Shown: one piece after another, positions 1 through 13,100 of the stretch
Layout of the letters: every line of letters begins with the position of its first letter
Numbering within the stretch: the first letter of the stretch is position 1
Source of the DNA: Nemertoderma westbladi
Taxonomy: Eukaryota > Animalia > Xenacoelomorpha
Assembly (NCBI GenBank): GCA_032718475.1
Contig: JAUCBJ010004978.1
Location: 1 to 43,007, forward strand
Length of the DNA: 43,007 bases
Direction: 5' to 3'
Made by a program: the position numbers and the translations under genes
Notes under the pieces: model-generated
What the model was told of the DNA's origin: nothing
The model's input: only the letters and a program-made list of their open reading frames with translations
Databases searched by the model: none

Positions 1-209
1 TGGCTAATTTACACTGTCCGGTCCGCGTCCTGTTGTTCTGAGCTCTCCAGTTAGAGTTATAAATCAGTTATGCACTGCTTACAAAGTATGAATTTCCCTT
101 CTGCCGAGTTAAGTAGACGTAAAATATATAGGTAGATAAAGTGGTCCCATAAGGTTAGGCTGAAAGGTTATAACATTTATTTATCTGAAAAAGCCACTTT
201 TTTCACTAA

Positions 210-270
210 ACTCAAAATATACTGATTTACATAACATCCTTCATGTTATGTAAATCAGTAGATTTTGAGT
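210..270. repeat. Near-perfect hairpin (28-bp arms, one mismatch, 5-nt loop)
   Basis: actcaaaatatactgatttacataacat-ccttc-atgttatgtaaatcagtagattttgagt. Confidence 0.85.
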
Positions 271-2819
271 GCAAAATCAGTAGATATTGTCGGCAATAAA
301 AATTTCCGAAAGTTTCGTATAGAACCTTGGTAAACCCCCTTGGTACTCATCCAATATACAGTAGGCCTAAGCTTAGCCAATACATCCCTGATGACGCACG
401 TATTGCTTTTAGCCGGCTTCTTAGACTTATAATCATGTTAAAGATAAATGATTTCCTTCTATCACAACCCCTTCACACCCCCCCCCCCCTTCCCCTTCTC
501 CAAATGGAGTGCTGAAGGTGACCCGAATGGAAGTTCCGGCTCACAAAATTATAATTTTCTTCAGTTAATGTTCATTCATTATTCATTTCCTATAAAATTC
601 TCCCTAATGATGTTTTTTCTTAGAATATAGTTATTACATAGGCTTGTTCTATATTCGGTGGTATTATTATATCCAATTATGATACTCCCACCACTTCGTC
701 GTATTAAAAGGTAATCAGAAAATATGTCTAGACACTAGCCTGGCATAGCATAATGCATCTATAGCCTATAATACTGCACACTGTATTATACAGTTATTAC
801 TGATTTCCTGGGTATTAAATGAATCGTAATTATATTAATATATCATTACTACTACTAGATCGAGTGAGCTCGGACAGTGGAAAAAAGTCCTTCCAAGTTT
901 CACGATTCTCAATGATTGTCGTAATTTGGTTTCCTTCACTATTATTAGTTAAAATGCAATAAACAAACTATATGTTTATTGACTAAATATTATCACATTA
1001 TTATGACACACAAATTTGAATCATAGCACTAATAACAAAATAACTATAAAGTACAATATTTGTCTATTACATCACAATCCACAAGTAATACGGAAAAAAT
1101 GTTACCTAAGTTTTATAAATTTCTAGAACGAGATGAATGTAATAGCACAACTTAACAATATTAGATGGTTCATTGTTAAATAGATCCTACTGTACAATGA
1201 ATTCACATATAAAACCCAAAATTTAACCAAAACAAGGGCTACACGTTTCTCGTCTTGCACAGAACAATTATCGCAACACTACGTACCCTCTCTGAAAGGT
1301 GACGTGTCCTGTCCACCCCCCTTTCTCGCTACGTAGGTCATATAAGAGAATAACCGGAAACGTGTAAATAATTTACGATGATAACCAGGTAAATACATAT
1401 TTAATTTACTGTACACGTAATGTAAAGTTAAACCCTTATTAATTATTATATTACTGTAATTTTTAAACCTTGTTGCAGACAATGGTTTCGCACATATCCT
1501 TGCTCTAACTGATTCTCCAGCTGAGCTGCTTATATTTCACGACACGACTTTTCTAAAATCTTGTAGACTTTAGTTTCCGAATTTTGAGCATTTCTGAAAT
1601 AGTGGACATTTTACCATCCCCACTAAAATAAATGGAGACAATAAGTACATATCCTCAGTTCAATGCGAGGCACTAAAATTGCCATATTTGAGATCGATCA
1701 CACCGGTCTACGCAACGCATGTCCCGTAAACATTACAGTAATCACATAATTTTGCCTCACACGCCTCAATAATGGAGTCGTTCTTCAATACAAAAAAATA
1801 ACACTTGCAAAGCACCTAGAAAAACATCAGTTATATAAGTCTGTCGTAAACGTGTAACAAATTCGTTTAAATATTATATACAAAAAAGTGTGACACTGGA
1901 GGGTGCACCTTGTTTCTTGTTTGACACCCAAATACGAGATAATTACAGCATTATGTAAAATACTGTTAGTGCATCGATTATGCATTTATAATTTCTTTCA
2001 GCAAGTAAAATTTTTTCCAACAACCTGCTTTATATAGGGCCTACATAGAACTTCCAGTAATTTGTATCGTAGGACTAAATCATAAGGCTTTTCTAAAGTC
2101 AACAAACATTCCAAAAAAAAGTAACGTAGCCTTATTTGATATTGCCATATCTACCAATAAACCTTATACACAGTAAAACCCTCAACCTTACTACACCCAC
2201 ATCACAAAATAGCAACATAAACGTTCACAAAGGCTAGGAAGATTGAACTTATTTCTTTATCAGAGATAATTATTTATTTTGTTCTGAGGAATAATCTTCC
2301 TAGAACAAACACGACCATCACGGAGTTCAATGAGGTTCCCGGTTTTTCAATTAATACAATTAATTTATTTTTATTTGTCTGCGTTGGAAACCTTTTAGTA
2401 GTCCAGATAAACCAACAACCCTTATTATCTATCCATTTAGGATAACTGGAAATTATCCATCCATTAGAATTCATCAATAACGCCAAACGATTAATCGTCA
2501 ATCCTAACTAATAATAATGTAAATTGTATTGATTTATTATATTGTTACATCTAACTTAATATATTCGCCCGAGTAATAAACCAAATGGTAAATCAGATAG
2601 ATAGATCTACTAAGTTAGGAATAATAGTTTAATATAATTAAACATGGCCTCAGGGAGTTTCGAAACCTAGTTAACTTTCTGTACACCAACTATCAGCATA
2701 CAGGACCTCTATGCCGGTAATTCTAATTATAACGGATCCTGATCCAAATGGCGGAATGAGGTTGGTTGGAGTGATCTGGATCTTAGATGACCTGAGGGGA
2801 ATTAATTCCAAGATAATAC

Positions 2820-4560
2820 TGTATAGGATAGTTATAAATTATGAGATACTACTAAAACATTGGAAAATTCCCGGAAAACGTGAAAGTATTGATCAGCAGG
2901 AAATTTAACACACATGTATTACTCTAAATTGGAAATCCTAAATGTACTCCACGCACAGCACACCCTACGAAAACACCGTAAAACATAGGAAATCACTACA
3001 AAACCTCTTGAAAACAGTGAAAAAATAATCAGCATTAAATTTTAACTATATGCTGCTAAAAAAATAAATTTAAAGAGTCTAATACTACGCAGAACGCAAT
3101 GTTGCCAGGCAACCAAGCCAAGGAACAGGAACCAACCAACATGCTCAGCTCTGTCCTTGTTTTACCGGTCAGCTGGTAATCAGTATATTGATGTATTAAT
3201 TATATTGCATTCCAGTATTATTAGGGTGGGATCCTGTAATTTGTTAAGTGCTGAACAGTTGAAGTGCAGAACTTGCGGTATATTAAAGCCCGGTTTCCAT
3301 GATGCAATATAGTAGCTACTGGGTCGTCGCCCATAGCTAATAGCCACGGCCACTGGCTACTGGCTGCAGCCAGTGGCTACTTGCCGCAAAACCAGTAGCT
3401 ACTGGCCGCGAAGCTACTAGCTATTTGCGAGAGGAAAATAGCCTTCAACCAAGTCGAGCCTTCAACCTAGCCGTGGCTGCACGCTACGTGCCACGCTATA
3501 TATTTTATATACTGTATCTGTTTCACCATATTTTATCTACACAATCTGTGTGTGATACAACATTTTAATCAATAATATTCACTTTTTAATTATTACTAGC
3601 AATAGCAAAGTATATTAATTTATTAACTTTAAATGTTCTACAAAATTTTATCAATTTATTTTTAGAAAAAGTTGTTCTAGAACATATGTATATAGGTTTA
3701 TATATATATTGTTCTAGAAACTGGTTATATTTTGTTCTAGAACAACTGGTGTGGGGTCCATCCACAATTAAACAATTAAACAAAGCCGTAAAAAACCTTT
3801 TATGTGATGGGGGGAAATTAACTGAAAGATACAAAAACGAGAAATTAAAAGGCGAGGACCGAGGAACCATTTCAGATAGCTGTGTGTTTTATGGAAACAG
3901 GGTGTTTCATGGAAACCGGGATGACAGTGTTTCAAATAGCCGGTAGCTACGAGCCGCGGCCAACAGCTAATACTGCTGATATGCCTGCTGAAATGCCTGC
4001 TGATACCAGCTATTTTCAGTGGCCACTAGCCGCATTGTGGCACGTATCTAGTAGCTATGTTACATCATGGAAACCGAGCTTTAGACAGCAAGTGGGCCGT
4101 TTAGGTTAGGGCCTACAGAGATAGTGGCATACCAGTGTTGTGCTGGCAACTTCAGTACTTCAACTGTTCACCACTAAGCAGTGATTACCAGATCCTACAC
4201 TACTCAGCTACTATACAGAGTATCGGCTGACCGATGTTGATTGCTTACTGTTCCTCCCTTGTTTCCCAGACAACAATGATTTCTGCGTAGTATTAGACTC
4301 TTTAAATGTATTTTTTAGTAGCATATAGGTAAAATTTAATGCTGATCTTTTTTCATTGTTTTGCTGAGTGTATGCAGTGATTTCTCTATGTATACGGTGT
4401 TTTCTTAGGGTGAACTGTGCGAGGTATACATTTAGGATTACCAATTCAGTGTAGTACATGTGATAAATTTCCTGCTAACCAATATTTTCATTGTTGTCCT
4501 AATGTTTTACTGTTTTAGTAGTATTTTCCTAATTTAAAACTACCGGTACTAACTGATAGT
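2820..4560. mobile_element. Old diverged foldback/MITE with arms of about 400 bp (about 2820-3270 and 4150-4560)
   Basis: Shared inverted blocks such as cagcattaaatttt...tttaaagagtctaatactacgcagaa; ends approximate. Confidence 0.7.
3286..4081. mobile_element. MITE nested in the centre of the older foldback
   Basis: TIR AAGCCCGGTTTCCATGATG / CATCATGGAAACCGAGCTT flanked by TA; subterminal tagcta/tggcc repeats. Superfamily uncertain (TA or TWA target). Confidence 0.75.
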
Positions 4561-5190
4561 ACAGTAGGCTAAACAGATTATATGCACGGAAATAGTCCAT
4601 GTAAAACTTAATTAACATAATCTCTCCTGCCGTCAATTATTGTCCTGATCGTGTTATAGAATTTGGTTTTTAAAATGCTCAGTTGAAAGTTAATTTGCAT
4701 TCTGTATCCATCTCATACCTCATGTAACTCAATTTAAATCATAAATTATTTATGTTGTGGCAGATGTAGGTTACCCACCTCCATGAGTTTTGATCTCACT
4801 TCGCTTTCACTAGGTCAACTAATGAATGTCAAGATTAAAGCAGAATGCATATCTTATAAATAAATCAATGTTACTTTAGGCTTCGGCTTTCTGGTAAGTG
4901 GATAAGTGCAATGGTGATTTTATTTTTAGTATCAATAAAAAAATCAGCTTGTAAGATATGATTCCAAGGATAGAGATGTTGTCGATCCAGGTAAAGGGTT
5001 GGGAATTTCGACTCGATGAAAATTTATCTCAAGGGGGAATCGACTATAATAGCAGCTGATTACTTCCAAATGTAAATCTTGAACCTGTTCTACCGGGTGT
5101 TCCTATAATGATTGCCCCCCCCCCTGGCCAGCCAAAACTGCCAGATGTACCTTAGTGTATATATGATTTGAAAGATAATTTAATTCTGAG

Positions 5191-6771
5191 TGTTCGCGGT
5201 ATTTCAACTTTCCATAACGCGAGTTGAATATTTTTGTATTTTATTAAAATTGATTATTCCGATATTACTACTGGGTACGGGACCATGGGTTTTGGGCACA
5301 TTCTATAAACTGGGGGCGATTTATGGGCGAACTTTGGGGCAACTTACAGGGTACGGGAATAATTTCATAGTTATAAGGGCCAGGGGGGGATGGAAAATTC
5401 AAGCAGTATTCAGGTTAGCCTGAGTACTATTAGGCCCTGGCCAACTTCCTGCTGCCTGTAGGGGTGGATTTGGTAATGCGCCAGGCCTAAAGGACAAGGA
5501 CTGCCCTTAGCGGTCCCTGGCCAACAGCAGTTATTACGAGACTGAAAAGAACTCGGAACGCTGACTGCTTGTGTCAGGGATTTGCGACGGGAAACGACAG
5601 CCCTTAGTAGCCAAGCCGTTCTGGTTCTCGATGATCGAACCCTTCGGTGTTCGTGAGGGGTGGAACGGACACGCGAACGGGCGGCCGACTAACGACTGCC
5701 CCCTGAGCTAAGCCGTACTGGTTCTCGATGACCGATCCCTTCGGGGTTCGCGAGGGGTGGGACGGACATGCGAAAGGGCTGGCCACAGGACGGGTTTGAC
5801 GAGGACTGCCCTTAGCGGTCTCTGGTCAACGGCAGCTATTACGAGACTGAAAAGAACTCGGAACGCTGACTGCTTGTACCGGGGATCTGCGACGGGAATC
5901 GACGACAGACCCCTTAGCCAAGCCGTACTGGTTCTCAATGATCGTTCCCTTCGGGGTTCGTGAGGGGTGGGACGGACACGCGACGGGGTCGAAAGACAAA
6001 GGACTAGACCCTACTGGCCTACCGACTGTTCGGAGCAGTTTCTCGGCTGCCGAAGCGACTACGAGCCTGAAAGGGACTCGGAAAGCCTAGGTGGGTGGGT
6101 TTCTGCGATGAACCGACGGACCCCTAGCCAAGCCGTTCTGGTTCTCGATGATCGAACCCTTCGGGGTTCGTGAGGGGTGGAACGGACACGCGAACGGGTC
6201 CACCGACACGACAGACTCCTAGCCAAGCCATACTGGTTCTCGATGACCGATCCCTTCGGGGTTCGAGAGGGGCGGTACGGATACGCGACAGAGTCCACCG
6301 ACTGGACCGACCCTTAGCTAAGCCGTGCTGGTTCTCGATGATCGTTCCCTTCGGGGTTCGTGAGGGGTGGAACGGACACGCGACAGGGTCGACCGACACC
6401 GACACTACGGCACTAAGACCAGGACCAAGGGAAAAATCTGGGGAACATTAGGTAGGCTAAAATCTGAGCGAACAGTGGGTAATTAAATAATATACCGTAG
6501 GGATTTATATTATCGTGTATAATTATTTTGAATATTTGGTGTATATTGATTTGGGGAAGCCCAAAATTATTCTTAATCAGGTTCAACAGAGTTCAGTTAC
6601 ATTAAAGAGTATATCCAACTAATGCAGCTTTTTCTCAACCGCAACCCTGCATCTCAGAAATCATTCCTTCTCCAAAATCAATATCCGGTGACTGGCCGGG
6701 GCTCAGTGGTCTGTAAAGTCACGTCTCCAGCATCGGCGTTTTTCCCCCCTGGTGTTGGGATAACGGCAACA
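5191..6771 (+). repeat. 5' LTR of element A
   Basis: tgttcgcggtatttc...gataacggcaaca; matches 17913-19493 with about 10 substitutions and 2 single-base indels counted by eye. Confidence 0.97.
5498..6391 (+). ncRNA. LTR-internal array of structured RNA hairpins (6 k-turn/UUCG units and 3 loop-E/GAAA units); repeated at about 18220-19113
   Basis: Repeated units with pairable arms, cUUCGg and GAAA tetraloops, GAU-bulge/tandem G.A k-turn signature, and substitutions that mostly preserve pairing. Confidence 0.7.
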
Positions 6772-6979
6772 AAATTAAGAATAATTACGGTCAACTTCAA
6801 CTGGTGGAAGTTGAGAATCCTTCAATACTCTTCAAAACTCTCTACGTGCTTGCCAGCACCCACTACGAGGAAACTCTGGTATTTGAGTTGAGACGAAGTC
6901 GTGGTTTAATTAATCAACAAACTCGATCTAACCAACTCGTAGTCGGCAGATCACATATTTGGAGAGTTGTTAACAGGGA

Positions 6980-7171
6980 ATGGAAGTATCGATCACACCC
7001 ATTGATATAATCCAAGTTGAGCCAGGAATCTGGCACGTCGAAGTTGAAGTACAAGGAACGAACGTCGGACGATTCAGGATTACCGTTCGGGTGGTCCAAG
7101 CTGAGTACAATACCTACGAGGAACTGTTTTATGACATCGTGTATCTAGCTATCGACGAGGCGTTACAATGA
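6980..7171 (+). CDS. Short upstream ORF (63 aa) overlapping the gag start (ATGA)
   Basis: ATG at 6980; its TGA (7169-7171) overlaps the gag ATG (7168-7170); sequence looks protein-like but no family is recognised. Confidence 0.35.
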   Translation: MEVSITPIDIIQVEPGIWHVEVEVQGTNVGRFRITVRVVQAEYNTYEELFYDIVYLAIDEALQ

Positions 7172-10100
7172 CGACAAATAACGTATCCGATACCGACGAG
7201 ATGGATCACCACACAGACTCGGAAGCCGACGAGGTACCAAACGTCAAGAACATGACCCGTCGGCTAGGGGCTCTCAAAGGCGGAGTAACCCGAGCGTATC
7301 AACGGATGGAGAAACAACTCAAGGGAGTCAAAACCCCCCTCAATGAGGTACAAACTCAGCTTCAAAGTATCCGAAATATCCTACAGCGGTACGAAAGAAT
7401 GATACAGGCGTACCAAGAGCTCGTTCCCTCCACTGATCAGGAAAACTACCCCAAGTTGGAAGAACACGTTGTACATCTAGATGGGTTCCGCAAACAACAC
7501 CGGAGGACCCTCAGCCTTGTGAGAGGCTATGAAGAACAGTATTACAAGAGGGCTGAAAGAACAGACGCGGAATCAGTACGATCCTCCAGCATCAGGACAG
7601 CAGTACATCGAAAGAGAACTGGGTCCGCTAGAAATCAGCACTCCAGCGCTAGGAGCGAGATATCCGGCTCAGCGCGCAGTTCTCAAGGGGCGCCGCCACT
7701 CCGAGACCAACTGCGAGAACGGAAGGCATTAGCCCTCAAAGCTCGGATGGAAGATGAGTATATTCAACTGCAAGCCGAGCAAGATGTATTAGCCGCCGAA
7801 ACACAAAAGCGAGAGGCCGAACAAGTGGCCGAACGGCAGGCCGAACAACGCGAACAGGAGGCCGAACAACATAGACGAGAGGCCGAACAACATAGACGAG
7901 AGGACGAACGGCAGGCCGAACAACGCAAACAGGAGGCCGAACGGCAGGCCGAACAACGCAAACAGGAGGCCGAACGGCAGGCCGAACAACGCAAACAGGA
8001 GGCCGAACAACGCAAACAGTAGGCCGAACGACGCAAACAGGAGGCCGAACAACGCGGACGAGAGGCCGAACGAGAGATCGAACAACGTAAATGGGAAGCA
8101 GAAATGCGTAAACAACACGCCGAGGCCCAAGCAATTCTCATCCACAAAAAGAATGCAGATATTGCAAAACTCGCGGAATACGAAGCCGCACTTATAGAAC
8201 GAGATATTCAACTCTACGAGGACTGGGAAAGGGATATAGATCAGGAATATGAACCAAGCCCGGTACCGGAATTAGAAAAGTCATTTATACCGACAGCGGC
8301 GAAACTTCCGAAACCCGAGATCCCGCCTATCAAACAGTCTACGCTATCGGCACAAGCACCGGTGTTCCATCCCCCACCGGCTACGCTAAAGAATGAGGAA
8401 CATTATTTCCCATCCAACACCACGACAGCGAGTGTACCCAAGTACGAGCCTGAAAAGGACTCGGAACGGGACGCCACTCCCCGATCTAACAACCCATTTA
8501 CATCCACACCACAAACTCGTAGCCGCGTCATTATTAAAACTCCACCTATTATTGATACATCAAGTATGGGAGTGAGTGCCAATAACTATAACCCTCCGAG
8601 TCACTCCGGTTCAGACGACGTCAGCATCATCCGGGCATTGGAGAATCGCCTTGCCATGCCTAAGATGGAGATTCGCACCTTCGAAGGAGATCCCGTCGAT
8701 TACCTCAGATTCAAGAAACGGTTCTTTGCGCAGATCGGATCAACGGACATAGCCGACGCACAGAAATTGGTATATTTATCGCAATACCTGGGTGACAAAC
8801 CACGCAGAATTATTGCATGTTTTGAAGGAGGTTCTCTTGAGGCATACTATGACGCATGGAAAACTCTAGATAAAAGATACGGAAATACTGGAACTATAAT
8901 TAATAAAACTCTAGAGAGACTGATACAGGACGCGGGATCACTAGGGGACCCACAGAACATCCAGGAATTCTCCGACTCTATGAAGGATGCCTACTATACT
9001 CTGAAACCCTTAAATAAGGAGGACCAGGTGAACAACATTCTAAACCTCCGACAGATCGCCCGGAAGTTTCCCGGATGGCTACAAAGTAAGTGGGCTTATA
9101 AATGTGTAGATCTCCGGCGCAGACATCCAGATCGAGATCCTAGCTTCCTTGAAATGTCGGCATTCCTGTACGATATCTCCGAAGCCATGAATGACTCGAT
9201 GTTTTCAAAACAGAGTCTCGCAAAGTTGGACGGAATAGAGAGCAACTCCAGGAGTAAGATAACCCCTCCGAAACCGAGATTCCGCCCCCCACCGGTGAGT
9301 ACGATGGCCATCACCATGGCCGAGGATTCCGACGACGAAGACTACGAGGAACCGACATCCGCCGAGGAATGGGCATGTTATCTCGCGAGTTGGGCACCCG
9401 AAAGGGAAGGCATCACAAATTCCTTGCTCTGTCTCTTCTGTGGGGAGAAACATAAAGTGGAATTCTGCAGAAAGTTTCAGTTCGCCGAACTCGTCCCACG
9501 CTTCGAGGCGATAATGAAACACCGAGGATGCTTCCGGTGTCTTGGAACAGGTCACTATGTTCGGGAGTGCGACCAAAGATCATGCTGTGCTGTCTGTAAC
9601 GACCAACGCCATCACACGCTCCTCCACATCCCCGCGAACTTCGATTTTACTACCCTCCCCTTTCGGATCGAAGCCAGGCGAAGAGGAGAAACAAACCACG
9701 TCTTCAAAGGAACCCGGACAACCCAACGGAGAGAAACCAACCCGTTTAAAATCTCCACCGATACACCACAAGTAACAAATATTTCGGCCACGATTAATCT
9801 TATAAATCGCCGCTACATGGTCTTCGCAAAGGTAATCCCAGTAAGGATCCAAGGAGTCGGCAAATCTTTGACGACACTCGCGTTCCTCGATAACGGGTCC
9901 GACGGAACCATCATCGACCGGGATTTCCTCGAGCAACTCGGCCTAGAATATGAACCTTGTAAACGGCCCATACAAACCATCACCGATAACAGAGAGGTAG
10001 AGTCCGGGGAGGTGCAACTCCAGATGGAAGGAGTGATGAAGGGCTACGAAACGGTTAAGTTAACCATCAAGAACGCCTTGGTACACACAGACCTCCGGGT

Positions 10101-13100
10101 GCGGTTCCGACAATCAGCCGAGTATGCCCCCCTCATACAATTGGACCGAGACGATGTAGACCTGAGGTGTCCGCAGTTGGACGTAAACCGCATCACCCTA
10201 CTGATTGGACTTGATACACCGGAACTACACATCCCCACCGGAGATATCGCCCGATCTATAAAACAGGATGATGGATTTTATGCTGAACGAACAATAATGG
10301 GATGGACACTCTGCGGCATTAAGGAGGAAACTACTGACACCTATACCTACCTTCCCAAATGTCAGATTAAAGAGAATGCAACCTCTGTGGGTTATTGCTC
10401 AGCTTCGGATCTTGACAAGGATTTGTTTCTGGAAACCGAGAAAACCCAACGAGAGATGACGAAATATTTTAATTTGGAGACCCAGGAGTTCGCGGAAAAG
10501 GACGAAAACCCATCCGAAGAGGACCAATATTGTATGGACATTCTCGACCAGGCCACGTTTAAAGACGGACACTGGTGTTCACCTATGTTATGGAAGGACC
10601 CAAACAAACCAATGGCAAACAACGCCAGCATGGCACTTAGGCGACTTAAAGGGATTCTACGCCGGCTGAATGACCAACCCGAGATAAAGGAGAAATATAA
10701 TACCGTAATCCAAGGATATCTCGATGATGGATTAGCAGAAATGGTACCACGGAATGAACTGCAAGGTGGTAAAAGAACATATTATCTCCCAACCCACTAT
10801 GTAGTAGAAGCCCGCAAAGGTGGGAAAATCCGAGTGGTAAATGATGCTGCCGCTATGTACCAGGGCGAATCCCTAAACAGTCAGCTTTACACGGGACCCA
10901 ACATATATAGTACACTCATCGGGGTATTGATCAGGTTCAGGGAAAACCGGGTAGCATTCACCTGTGACATCAAGGCCATGTTTCATCAAGTTCGTACGTT
11001 ACCAAGAGACTCGGACTGTCTACGTATCCTATGGACGGATAAAACGCTAACTCAACAGGAGATTAGCCAACTCACGATAAAGGACGTAGACGTAATGCGT
11101 ATGGTCGTCAGGATCTTCGGCGCTAAGGACTCGCCGGTAGCATGCAGTGACATGCTAAAGAGGACGGCAACTATGTGCGAAAACGAGTTCCCTCCAACCG
11201 TCATAGAAACCATTCGACGATGCTTCTACGTGGACGACGGATGCGCCGGCGCGGATAATGTGGATGAGGCATATCGGCTAGCAATGGGGATGGTAGAATG
11301 TCTAAAGAAAGGAGGGTTTCCGCTCGTGAAGTTCAGATCCCACGACAAAACACTTATGGAAAAGTTTCCGGAGGACATCCGGCTGGAAAATAACAAAATG
11401 TATTCGGAGGATGTGGAACATCGTGTACTCGGGATTGAATGGGACATAGAATCAGACGAATTCATCTTCAAATATAAACCCCTACCCAAGCCTATGACAA
11501 AAAGGGGATGTTTGTCGATAAAAAGCGCCATCTTCGACCCACTAAATTTCATATCTCCAGTAACCTTGGCCGGAATGAACCTGATTAAGGAAATGTGGAT
11601 AGAAGGACTGGGATGGGACGAAGAGCTCCCCCCACACCTCAGCGTCAAATGGAGAAAATGGACAGAGCAGCTCGAACACCTACATCTTATGCGGATACCT
11701 AGACCGCTCTTCCTCGATAAACTACCCACCGATATCTTCAAGCTCCACACCTTTTCGGATGCTTCGAATACCGGAATCGGCGTAGTCACCTTCTTACGGA
11801 GACTAAGTAACGATGGAAATGGCGATACAAGCTTCTTATTCTCCAAAGCAAAGACAGTATCCGGGGAATTCGTAGCAACGATTCCGAGACTCGAGCTACA
11901 AGCTGCAGTTTGGGCAGTAAGACAGAATCGCATGGTCATGCGGAATCTACGGATCCCCATAGAATCTCAACACTTCTGGGTCGATTCGAGTATAGTTCTC
12001 TATTATCTCCACTCTCCATCACGGCGTCACACCACGTTTGTTGCAAACCAAGCCACGGAGATTAAACAGTGTACCGGCCGAGAACAGTGGCATCACGTGA
12101 ACGGGAAGGAAAACCCAGTGGACTTATCAAGCCGAGGCGCCACCCCAAAACAACTCGGTAAAAATAAACTCTGGCTTACAGGCCCGGAATTCCTACGGCA
12201 GCCACAATTAACATGGAGTACCCGATTCGACCCCGAACTCGATAGCGGAAAATACTCCGAGGACGATAAAGAGATCCGTAAAGTCCATCGAAGCAACGCG
12301 GTGGAAATTTATAGTTGTCTGACTGAGCCTGCAAAGGACTCGGGCAGGCACTATAACGTCGCGACGATCACTCAACTAGCGGCGTCTCTACATCGGTTGA
12401 TCGAGCGAACTTCATCAATGAGACGGCTCGTCCAACACGTTATAACCCTTCGTAACTTCCTACGGTGGAAAAACAACAAACCGATAGTTCAACGGAATAT
12501 ACAAGAACTCATTATCGCGGAGAAGTGTATTGTTAGATATATCCAGAGAGAAAGTTTCCCCGATGAATGGGAACAACTTAGTGCGGGCAAAACATTGAAA
12601 CCGGACAGCCCAGTCTACCAACTGAGACCAATGATGGGAAAGGACGGACTGATCCGACTGAATACCCGGATGGCAAACGCACCGGTCGAATATGAGGTTA
12701 AATACCCGGCGCTTCTGCCCGGAATGTCGACACTAGCTAAGCTATTAATTCTACAATGTCACGAGGACAACCACCACGCTGGACAGAATTGGATTATAGC
12801 TAATATAAGACAAAAATATTGGATCACCCACATCCAGCCACTAATCCGGAAAGTGTTGAAACGTTGCTTCACCTGCAGACGTTACCTAGCACCACCAATC
12901 ACCCAAAAGATGGCCGACCTACCAGCCACCCGTCTACAAGCAGATTCCCCACCGTTCTACGTCACCGGAGTGGACTGTTTCGGACCGTTTACGGTCATCG
13001 AACGACGATCCAACATCAAATGCTGGGGAGCCATCTTCACCTGCCTAAGGTCTAGGGCAATTTACCTAGATATCGTGGTAAATCTGACACAACACGCATT

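Noticed and set aside
5600-6391. LTR hairpins as SECIS elements recoding the UGA at 15948
   Set aside because: AUGA/GA core is present, but the upper helix is only about 7 bp, capped by UUCG, with no apical AA motif.
5498-6391. Hammerhead ribozymes or a CRISPR array in the LTR
   Set aside because: No CUGANGA...GAAA...UH three-way junction; no unique spacers, no cas genes, and the context is eukaryotic.
5604-6451. Short ORFs in the LTR array (and 18327-19173)
   Set aside because: By-products of GC-rich repeats; frames differ between the two LTRs because of indels.
8020-8022. TAG as a programmed gag-pol readthrough site
   Set aside because: It replaces GAG in an otherwise identical tandem unit, lies upstream of the capsid and knuckle regions, and BEL elements typically have a single ORF; a point mutation or error is more likely.
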